From positions 50,282,001 through 50,346,000 of the forward strand of contig NC_059433.1 in the NCBI RefSeq assembly GCF_021028975.2: 64,000 bases of DNA. Reading direction: 5' to 3'. The position numbers were made by a program, and so were the translations under genes. Shown one piece after another: positions 25,801 to 37,800 of the stretch (its first letter is position 1; every line of letters begins with the position of its first letter). Source of the stretch: Sphaerodactylus townsendi. Taxonomy: Eukaryota. The notes beneath the pieces are model-generated. The model had not been told where the DNA came from. It worked only from the letters and a program-made list of their open reading frames with translations, and made no database searches.

Positions 25801-28800
25801 GGACAATGGGGGGCGCTGTGTATCTTTAAGCTGTTCTATCATTTGCTCTCCATGTCTGCGCTCCGCCCACCAACTCCTCCTTCACCTTGCAGCCATTTTC
25901 TTTCTTCTCATTTGCACTGAGCACATGTAATGGCTACTTGCTCCTGCTAGGGCTTTCCCACAGAAGCATATCACACTCGCACATACATGGCAGGAAGTTA
26001 GAATGCCCACTTGTTATAGGGAAGTTATCTCTTTAGACTAGGGTTTCTGTCTATCTACTTTTCACCAGGAACATTGCTTGTGATCCAAAGTTACTTGAAA
26101 TAAATGTAAGTTTTCCCTTTTTGCATATGTTTGTTTGGTAGAGCTCTTTTACTGCACTCGCACACAGGTCTGGGCTGATCCATATTTAAATCAAAATTTC
26201 CAACAGATGGAGCCAAGGAATAGAAAATGCTGAACAATTTCATTATCTTCATAATTTGCCTTAAATGTTGCAAAATTATCCAGGTTTTTTTTTTATGTTC
26301 AGTTGTAATCCTTCTTTGGCACCTTCTGCCTTGACCTTCATCAATCATCGTTTCCTGGCAGGGGATTGGACTTGATGGCTCTTGTGGTCTCTTCCTACTC
26401 TATGATTCTGTGATTCTGTCTTCCCTATTTTCTGCCATTAATTTTGTGTCATCTACATATTTCATAATGCTTCTTCCTCCAATTTTCACTCCACCTTCCT
26501 CTAAATCTAATCCAGCATTCTTTACGATACATTCAGCATACAAATTGAAGAGGCTGGAAAATAAAATACATCCTTGTCTGACACCTTTACCAATTGGAAA
26601 CCATTCTGTTCTTCTTCAGAAAATTCTTATTTGAAGGAATCTTTCATTCTAACATCTCTTGCATAGCTTTTCAGTGTATTGTTTCCATTTTTATTTTGAC
26701 CTGTTTAGTTGGTGTATTTCCATGTTGATCTTTCAGCATGCCCAAATGTGCTTTCAATTTCCCTTTGCTTTCTTGGATCTAAAAGAACAAGTCTTTTGTT
26801 CTTCCTTTTTTGATGTTCTCTTCTATTTCTTTACAGTTTTCTCTGTCTCTATATGCAGGTCACTGGAACGCTGCATGTAGGCTTCTGATTCTGTCACTTT
26901 TTACTTTTGCTCCTTGTCTACCTTAGCAATTTTAAAAAGAAGAAGAGTTTGGATTAATATCCCCCCTTTCTCTCCTGTAAGGAGACTCAAAGGGGCTTAC
27001 AATCTCCTTTTCCTTCCCCCACCCACAACAAACACCCTGTGAGGTCAGTGGGGCTAAGAGAGCTCTGAAGAATTGTGACTAGCCCAAGGTCAACCAGCTG
27101 GCATGTGTTGGAGTGCACAAGCTAATCTGGTTCACAACTCAAGTGGCAGAGTAGGAAACCACCCTTCGGGGGTGGGCGGTTCCCAAATCTAACAAATAAA
27201 TAAATAAACTAACGTTGGTGCTACCCTAGGAATGCCCCACTCCCACGCCAACATCTGATTGGATGCCAGTGCAACTCTGCGGCGGCCTGTACTTCCAGCT
27301 TTTGCCACTGTGAAGCTAAGGGGCAGTCGGCTTGTGGCACCTTTGCCCCCTCCACCAGCGAGGGTGCTCCTTGCCTGACAGAGGGGACAAATCGGCACAG
27401 CACCACTTCTTCCATGATGCGATTCATCCCCCGCTCTCCCCCCCCACAGGATTAGGCTTAAGACTTTTTGTCAATAAAAGCTTTTCTGTATTATTTTTCA
27501 GAGGCATTTAATTTCCAGAATATTTATCTCATGTTCTTTACAGATACGATCTGATCTTGAGGGTATACCAGGAGTAGTTATCACGTACATAATTTCTGGT
27601 CAAGGGGTCACAGAAGCACCATATGGATTGTTTGTTATGAATGGAAAAACAGGAGAACTGAATATCACTGGAATAGTTGATCGGGAACAAACACCAATGC
27701 TCCATGTAAGTTCAGCAACTGGGGTTACTTTTCCAGTTAAGCACCATCAAATACATGTCTGTACTGACCTCTTGACTTCCTTCCTCATTTGCTATGTATC
27801 CATTGTATGCTAACTAGAAACATTTAAATTCAATTTATTCCAGCTAAAAGGTTTGGCTATCAATTGGAATGGTACTTACATGGAAAAACCATTAGACCTG
27901 AGAATTAAAGTTCTGGACATAAATGATAATAGCCCAGTATTTTCAGAAGAAGTTTTTGTGGGCTCTGTTGAAGAGTTAAGTGATGTAGGTAAGTTTTAAA
28001 ATTCTATTTATGTTTTAATTTTGGTTCATATACGATGCAATCAGACAAAATGACAAATTAGGGTTTGTCAGTGCGGGAATGACCACTGTCTTAGAAGTCC
28101 TTAGATTTGCCTGCTCTCCTCCCCCTTACCGTCAAGTATGGGTCAGACTTCCTGGTTTGTGACAAGCTGTGGCTTGCTATGACGTCAAAACTGGACAAAA
28201 TAACAAAGTGTGCCTACTACATTCCAGGATTTTTCCCCATGGGGTAGACAAGCATAGCTTCTTGTGAACAAGAAAATCTTTCATTTGCAAGCCACACGCG
28301 AGGGGATGAGGAGGAAGTTTGCAAGCCCTAGCAGTCAAATTTCCTGAAGAACAAACAGTGATGTGTTGGTTCTGAATAGATCAGTTGTTTTCTCTAGATA
28401 GCTATTTTGAATTCTGGGTTTTTTCCAAGTACTCCTGACCCCTTAGTTACTTAATTATATTTGTGCAGGTTTTACTGATGTCAGTGAGATTTTGTATGTA
28501 AAAATGGATGAAACAACATTTGACTGGCTAAAACAAACCACAAGCAGGTTATGATAAAACCTTAAAGAGAAGGAAACCCGTAGTTAAAAAGCTTGATGAA
28601 AAGTTATGTTTGGCCCTGGCATAGAGGACAGAAATGTAGGTGTTAGGTGAGCTTCGAGCAGGAAGGAATTCCAAAGGCAGGGTGTCCTGTTTCTGTTAAC
28701 CACCCACTCACCTCACCTCCATAGGTGAGGAGTGCAGAGAACAGGCCTTGTGGAGAGTCTGGGCTAAACTGTATTGGAGGAAGCGGTCCCTCAAGTGCTT

Positions 28801-31800
28801 TGTGAGCAAACCATGTAGGACCTTCAGAGTAAGAACCAGTGCTTAAATTTTGTACAGAAACAGATGGGCAACCCCATGTAGCTCTTTCAGGGCAGAGAGA
28901 TATGATTCCTTCATTCCTGAACAACAGGCTGTATTTCATGGCCTTTTTACGCATTTTGCAGAGACAAGCCCAAATTAGCCATCAGGTCCCCTAGAGGCAC
29001 CTTTCCCTGTTCACTCTGTTCCACCCATTTGTGAAAGAGTCAGAGCCCACTCCTCAATCCCATCCCACAGTTTAAGAATCACTGTCCTGGATTGTGCCTG
29101 ATCACACTGAGGCCCTTTCCGCACTGCGGAAAGGGCGCTTCCCCACCGGCAGGAATTCTGCCGGTGGGGAAGCGGGGGCCGTTCGCACGAGAGCATGCAA
29201 GCGGCCCCCAAAGAGGCCAGCGCAAGAGAGGCGGCTCCGCACGGCGTCGGAGGACAGTGAGGGAGGGTCTACGGAGGCCAGCAGGGCGACGGAGGCGATG
29301 AGGTGAGTGGGAGAGGGACGGGGAAAACAGTGCATTCCTGGCGGTGGAGGTTTTTGGAGGGGGAGGGGAGCCAGGTCAGCGCTGCTGCGTTTTCGCAGCG
29401 CCGCCTGTGCGAACGGCTCCCTGGGGACAGCGTTTTTGCCGTCCCCAGGCCGCCGTTTGTGGCCCGTGCGGAAAGGGCCTTAGAAATGTGATGTTCAGGA
29501 TTTTTGAATTTTTTACTACAGCTTGCCAAGCAGCACTGTGTAACAGTATATTCTTCTTTAATTCTTAGGTACTGTTGTGATGAAGATAAATGCAACTGAT
29601 GCAGATGAGCCAAATACCCTCAACTCCCAAATTGCCTTCAGGATTATTTCTCAAGAGCCCAGTGAACCTCCTGCATTTATAATTAACAAAGCAACCGGCT
29701 TGATTCAGACTGCCACGTTCCAGCTTGACAGAGAGGTCAGTTCTTTTTCCTCTTCTAATTATCTGTACAAAACTGAGATTCTTAGGAACTGAACCCTTGA
29801 AGCCCTGTCCACGTATCCCTCATTGACCTACAATGTCAGTTCTCCAGCACTTCTACTGACTCTCCATTGATTTCTTAGCACTGTTTAATGTGCTCTCTGT
29901 TCCTTTCAAATGCCGAAATTCCTTATGCCTTGGATCGTGGGTGCTTCAGAGACTGCCTCCTCCCCTGTCCTCTTGCAGTTCTAAGCTTTGAGGACATCTC
30001 TTATTCTGTGTCTAGGAAGACAACTCTGTGTCATTCTTGTGACTGTCCATACAGTAAGCACAAAGAATATTCCCAATGGGTGCCCAGCCCCGAATTTGTA
30101 AATCACTTCTTGTATGACACCCACAGGAATCAGCACAATGTGAGCATTGTCCAGAAACATTACTAAACCTTAGTTTCTGTAGGTTAACCATATTGGTCTG
30201 CAATAGAAGAGCTAGATTTGAATTCATTACCACCTTAGAGACCATTGAAATTTGGGAGATATTCGCTTTTGAGAGTCAAAGCTCTTTGTGTCATCAGATA
30301 TCTGACAAAAGAAGCTTTGGCCCCTTCCGCACACACAAAATAATGTGTTTTCAAACCACTTTCACAACTGTTTGCAAGTGGATTTTGCTATTCTGCACAG
30401 CTTCAAAGAGCATTGAAAGCAGTTTGGAAGTGCATTATTCTGCATGTGCGGAAGGAGCCTTAGACTCTCAAAAGCTTATGCTCCAAAAATATTGTTGATC
30501 CCCAAGGTATTACTAGGGTTGATTCTATCTCTGCTACTAAGCTTTGTTTGGACTTGCATGCTAGTCAGTGTTATTTTGTAGATCTTAATTTTTGAAAGTA
30601 TTATATAGTTTTTGTTTTTCAATTCTTCCTCTCTTACCCTGAGCCAAAGTGCTACCTTTAAGTCCTCTCACTTTACAGGGTGAAGGTGGGAAAAACTCCT
30701 TGTATAAACTCCTCCTTTCTCAGCTTTTGCTTTCACTTCAGCTTCTTCATTGCTGCCTCCCATGATCCAGTCAGCTAGCATCAAGGCTCATCCTCTCTGC
30801 CTGCATTTTCCTTACAGGAAAGACAGACATGAGGAGCCCTTTCTACAATTGCTGTGTCTGTTGAAATAGCAGCATTAAGCATCTGATTTCAACTTGCCCA
30901 TCTGTTTTTATACTTCACTTATATCTACCTATTTGGCTATCATGCAGGTACACAGTAGCTACTCCTTAATTGTGGAGGCAAAAGACCGGAATGGAGCTGC
31001 AATTGGGTTAGGGAAAGAAACCTCCGTACAGATCAAACTTTTAGACGTCAATGACAATATTCCAGTTCTTGAGAAAGCCACGGTAAGTAATTTGGCTAAA
31101 AACCTCTGAGTCCCAGCATGCGCGTTAAAATGTCTCACTGTCATGAGTTGCTAGTGACTGCCTTGAGAAGATGGGAGAGAGATTAAGAGGCTTGTTTGTT
31201 TGCAGTATGAAGGAAATGTTCAGGAAAACATGGCAAATGTGGAAATCATGCGACTGAAGGTCTTCGACAAAGATGAGGAATTCACCGACAACTGGCTAGC
31301 ACAGTTCGAAATTGTGTCAGGCAATGAAGGAGGCTATTTCCATATCGAAACAGATTCTCAAACCAATGAAGGAATTTTGACCCTTGTTAAGGTTAGTGTC
31401 TGTTGTGGAGAAAATTGAAGTTTGGTACACTGTTTCTGATCAAGAGAGGCGTCAGGGCACAACATTGTTTTGTAAGGGAGTTACGCATTCTGAGGGAGAT
31501 TGTCCTGCAGATTTAGTTTCAGATACCTTTCATAAGCTTATTAGGTAAAGATAGTCCTCTGTGGAAGCACTGAGTCATTACTGACCCATGGGATGATATC
31601 ACATCACAATATTTGCTAGGCAGACTATGTTTATGGGGTGGTTTGTCATTGCCTTCCCCAGTCTGCTTCACCTTACCCCAGCAAGCTGAGTACTCATTTT
31701 ACTGACCTCAGGAGGATGAAAGGCTGAGTCAACCTTGAGCTGGCTACGTGAAACTGAATTCCATCATGATCAAATTCAAGTCATGAGCAGAACTTTGACT

Positions 31801-34800
31801 GCAGTACTGCAGCTTACCATTCTGTGTCTGGAGACTACATAAGCTCATTGCATATAAATATATATACTCATTACATATAATATCACCCGTCTGAAAAAAG
31901 ATGTGCACTCAGCACCATCATGTTACTGTTTTAGCCATGTCTGCACAGAAAGTAGCATGGTAGATGTAGATCTGCCCACTTTTTCTCCATCAGCAAAGAA
32001 GAATGGCATGGTGCTTCATGTGTGGAATGGTTCTGCTCCTGGACTTCTTTGGCTGTAACAGACTAGCATGGCTACCCCTCTGAAAACCTAAAAAGTCTTG
32101 CTTGGCTTTACTTCTAGTAATAGCAAATGGAAAATTTGATTTTAGTATTTTTGATCTGAACATTTGCTATTCTTATCAGGGAAATTTGTCGATTTGCATT
32201 CTTCAGTGTGGAAACTGATGTGTGTATCTGCTAAAGGTTTGTTGTTCTCTCTGCAGGAAGTTGATTATGAACAACTACAGACAATGAACTTAAATATTGT
32301 TGTGTCTAACAAAGCAGCATATCACAAATCAGTTACTAGTAGTGGTTACCAAGCACAACCAATTCCAGTTAAAATTAATGTGATAAATGTAAAGGAAGGT
32401 CCTGTGTTTAAGCCCCAAACGGTGATAATTAAAGCAAACAGAACAATGACAGTGAACCAGAGTCTGGGAAGGGTTGCAGCATGGGATGAAGACACTGGAA
32501 AAATAGCAGAACGTATCAGGTAGGATTTCTTACTTTTATCCAGGATATTACTTAGAGTGTATTACAGCTGCAGTCAGATGTCACAAAGAAATCCCAGTTT
32601 GTTTCTGATAAGAGCAAGTGAGAACATTTACACAGTTGCTCCTTGATCTTTCCTGCCCTTAGGTGCCGTGTTGATTTAGTACACTTTGTGCCTCTCTTCC
32701 TCCAAAAAGTTCAAGTAATATACTTTGTTTTCTTTTCCTCTGTTTTAACTTCACAATAACCCCGTGAGGTAGAACTGCAAACCAGGAAGTCTTAAATAAA
32801 ATACAAGGTCACTGTGACATCCAAATGAAGCACTTAAACAAAGTGCAATTTGTGAATCATCAAGTTGAAGATTTCCTGGCTCATAGTTTCTGTACAAACA
32901 CAAGAAGTGGGGGCAGGGGGGGATGCGCTAGGCCAAGTATTTTGGCTTATTATCATCAGAAACAAGCTGAGATTTGTTTGTGATGCACAAATGCAGCCAA
33001 AGTCAAGTCAGGCTGATTCCGCATGGGCCAAAAACAGTGGTGTGAAAACGGTGTGAAAACAGTTTGAACCCTTTTAAACCCTTTTACACCATTTTCACAC
33101 CGTTTTCACACTGCTGTTTTTGGCCCATGCGGAATCAGCCTCACTGAATAGCAATTAATCTCAGATGGAAATTTCATGTGACAATGTACTGAAATGGTTA
33201 TGCTGTTTTTGCCAGTTCTTTGTGATTTCAATTGCAACCTTGCTGTTAGATAAACAAATGTAATGAAACTGCAGTGCAATCCTACGCAAACTTTCTTGGG
33301 AGTCAGCTCCATTGAGTAGATTTCAGTGTGAAAGTCCCATGAATTATATAAATTCATCATTTTAGTGTATAGACTATTAAATAACACAGATTTAGAATTT
33401 TGCAGATGCAGAATTTTCCTAATAAAATGCATCCATGTGTAGTTCTGTTGTGCTGTATTACTATATATTGAAAGGGTTTGTATGTGCTTGCATATGTGTG
33501 TGTGTGTGAAGTGCCATTAAGTTGCTTCTGACTTATGGTGACCCTATGAATCAATAATCTCCAAACCATCTATTGTTAACAGCCTTGCTCAGGACTGTAA
33601 CTTCTTTTATTGATTTATTCCATTTAATGTTGAGTCTTCTTCGTTTCCTTCTCCCTTCAACTATTCCTGGCGTTATTGTCTTTTCCTGTGATTATTATCT
33701 TCTCATAATGTGATTTAAAGTACACTAGCCTCAGTTTAGTCATTTTAGCTTTTAAGGAGAGTTCTTGCTAGATTTGATCTAGAACCCACCTATTTGTCTT
33801 TTTGGCAGTCCACAGTATCTATAAAACTCTCCTTCAACACCACATTTCAAACTTTCTTCCTGTCAAGCTTTCTTCATTGTCCAGCTTTTATACTCCTACA
33901 TAGTAAGGCCACATAAATACATTTCCTTTAAAAGAAAATATGGAAAGACGCTTGGGAAAAAATTTAGGACAGAAAAAAACATGGAAAAATAAAATTTACA
34001 CATTTCATTATTTTGCAAAACAGATGAGCGCTATATGTTTGTGCATCAAACTGGCTTTGTATACCAAATTCCCTTGAATAGTTAAACATCTATTAAATTT
34101 TTGTACAGGTATGCCAAAGATCGTGATGTTGAAAACTGGTTTACAATAGATTCTAAAACTGCTGAAATCAAGCTTATTAAAATACCTAGATTCGACTCAT
34201 CTTCTCTAGTCAATGGTAGTTACATTGCAACAATTTTGGCTATAACTGAAGGTAAGTAATGGCTCTCTTTCCCTTATTTCCAAAGAACGATCAACATTTA
34301 AACAGCTGCAGTATCAAGTCAGTATCTGAACAATGACCAGGAGGCAGTCTAAACATTTTTGGTTTGGTTACTAGTGACCAAATCTTAGGCCTGTTCCGCA
34401 TGGGCCAATAAGCAGGTGTAGGACAGTAAAAATCCCATTTTGAGGGAGAACTTCACACAGATTCCACCCTAAAACAAGTCTGCCCCATGTTGTTTTCCCC
34501 AAACTGTCTTTTTGAGAATCACGCTATTAGCGAGTCTTTTGGAAAAACTCTGGGAGCAAATGGTCAGGCAGGAGGCAATTTATTCACCTCCATTTTCCTT
34601 TTTAAAAAATTTTGCAGCTTACATGTGCGTAGCTACGCAGGTGCAAATATTCATATCATCAGACATCAGCATGGCTGTGGGGGTTCATTTGTGCATATCT
34701 GTGTAGCTACGCACGTGTGGAAAGTAATTTTTAAAAAATAAATGCATCTCCATGCGAAGGCACAACAGCAACCCAGATTGTTTCTGTGGGCTCCGATCAC

Positions 34801-37800
34801 TGCCTGCATGGATGCATGTAAATGTGAAAACAGGGAAACGGGTTGCTTTATCCCAACTGGAACCTCTTTATACATTTGCTGCGCAGAAGGGGCCTTAATC
34901 TTTTGGCAAGTATAGCGGGCTTGGGGTTTTGTTCTCATTTGAATTAATGTATAGAAAAGGTTAGGAGTAGCAGGATATCTTCTCACTGCTCTGAATCACC
35001 TCTGTTGTTGCTAATCAGAGAGGGGATCTTCTCAGCACCCTGTTCACCTGATGGTTGCATTCATGGTTGCCCAGCAAATGTATCCCTTCGCCGTTTTGTG
35101 GAGCACCTGATGCATGTCTGGCACAGAGAAAATCTAATCTAGTAAAGATAAAGCCATCACATTTCCAGTATGACAACAAATTGTGATTTACTCACAAATG
35201 TAAATGCTCTATGACTGTTGTGAAAATCATTCTCCAAGATTACTGAACAAGCATATCTGCTGCTCATATTACCCAAGGAATTGTAATTTTAGCTGATTGT
35301 CATGAGGTCCAAAGAATTGGAGTAACACATTGTCTGTAATCATTTCTGAATAGCTTCCCAATTGACATTATAAAGTGTCTGTATCCTTTAGTAAAAAAAT
35401 TCTAGTCTACCATTAAAATGAATTGTAGATCAGAACAAAGCATTGAATTCACATTAAAAGTGTTCACATGTTCAGGAAAGCTAACTCACTTCTAAACAGT
35501 AAAGAAATTTTGCATTTTTGTACAGTAAAATGCAGTGTTTTGCCTCATATATTTTGCAGATTTCCCTTCAAAAACTGCAACAGGCACCATCGCTATTCAA
35601 GTACAGAATATTAATTTCCATTGTCCAACTATCATAACACGGGCAACAGCCATCTGTGCTGAGGAAAAGTTCGCTAACATCACTGTTGAAGATCATGATG
35701 TTTATCCATATGGTGGTCCTTTCACTTTAACTATTATCGATGAGCCTGAAAGAATGTCAGACAAATGGGCTATTGGCCAGGTACATGGTAAGTTGGGGTC
35801 AGTATAATATATTTTGTTGTTTTACATGACCCTTATTTCTGATCTCCAATGGCGTAGCACCCATGGGGTGGGGCGGCGTGATGCCCTGGGCGGAGCCACA
35901 GCGGAGGCGTGGCCAGGCCGTGGCGAGGGTGGGCAGTACCACGGCAGGGGTGCAGGGTGCATGCGTTTGCTGGGCACAGTTTCCCCTCACTCCACCTCTG
36001 CTGATCTCCCCTTAGAGAAGGGACCATAAAACAGTGGTAGAGCATCATTTTTTCATGCAGAAGGTCCTAGGTTTAGTTTCCAGTTTCTTCAGTTAAAAGG
36101 GCTAGGTAGTAGGCGATATGAAATACCTGGAGCCCTGGAGAGCTGCTACCAGCCCAATCAGGCAGTACTGATCTTGACAAAGCAACAGTCTGACCCGGTG
36201 TAAGGCAGCTTCATATAAGTATGCATTTCCAAAGGGAGCGTCAGCCCTTGTCAGGGGGGTGCTATATGAGAAACACTACAAAGATTATCCTTTTTCTTGA
36301 TAGGCTAGCTTGCTACCTACTTGATTTGAAGGTTTTGAAGGTTTTGTATCTTGTGAAGCTGAAATACGAGCTAAGAAAGTATACATAATGAATAAATACG
36401 TAGAGAAGACAGTGATACCGTCCAATTATATGCCACTTGCTAGAATGTTAGAGCAATTTTGTATATATAAACAACTGTTGTAAGGCAAGTCTTTCATAGG
36501 AAAAAGGTGGAGCTACTGCATCAGTCTAAGGTAGTAAAAAACAGTTCTAGCTACCTGTAAAATCTGAATAATCAGATGTAGGAATGGGGAGTGCAACCCA
36601 TCCTAAGAATTTTTTTCCACCGTCCAGCTCATCTGAAACACTATCATTAGTTCCCATTTTGGGTGGATTAATTTCACCTTCAGCTACATTCAGTTCATTA
36701 CCTGCCTCAAACACTGCTTGACAGCTGTTCACATGAGTTATGACATAGTTAATGTTGAGTTGGTGAATATGCGCTGACCTAAAGCTCTCTGGACCTCTGG
36801 AGTTGTGGATGCAGGAGCAGGAAGGCCCCTGCTAGAGCCAGGCACGGAATGTCTGGAGCTGGATTGACATATTTTAGGTAATACCAGTCCCCACAATTTT
36901 GTATTATCATGGCAAGTACTGCCGGGAGAGATTCAGCATATTAAGTGCCCTCCTTAATGCCATTCCCACTGGAATAGCAGCAATTTTAATATTCCTCCAG
37001 ATAATGTAGTTTATCCATAAAGTGGAATTATCTATGACTTTTATAATGTCCTCTTTCAAATGGAGGAGGTGGGAATCAGTTGCTTCCATAACTACACCCT
37101 AAATATAATACCAAGATTCAACTGTTGACCCGATTATATGGAATGTCATGAACTCATCATCAGCATTGTCTTGCCTTTTTATCACTATTTACTGCTTTTT
37201 TTTTTGCTAGCATTCATATATGCCAAATATATGTGTGTGTACCAAAAATATTCTCATGGTTGTTCAGATTCTTTAATGGCTAGGTGGGATTTGGATATCT
37301 CTGAGATTTCCTTAACCCTAGAGATGTATTTTATCTACCCTTCAGAAACACTTAGTGAAGATGAACAGTTAAAGCTTATTAGACTGGTGCACTTGGGTCT
37401 TTGAAAAAAAATTACCAACAGCAATATAACCTAGAAACTGGGTTATCTGGGCTGTCTCATCTTTATAACAACGCATTTGCTTGATAGCTGCTCTAGCGAT
37501 AATTTTGGTGAACTGAAAAGAGGTTTTTAACTTTGTATTCCATTGTTGTATTTTTGGCATTATGTGTTGTTGTTTTCTTTTTTGGAAAGGATCTAGAGCA
37601 CAGCTTGTACCAGTGGATGTGCATCCTGGCAATTATGCTATTTCCATTTTGGTGAAAGATAACCAGGGTTTCAGCTGTGTTGACAAACAAATTGTTCACG
37701 TCTCTGTTTGTACTTGTGGGAAAGATGGAGTCTGCGTAGGAGAGAAAATTGTTGGCTCTTCGGTTGCACTAGGACCTGTTGCAGTTGCGTTGATGATCCT

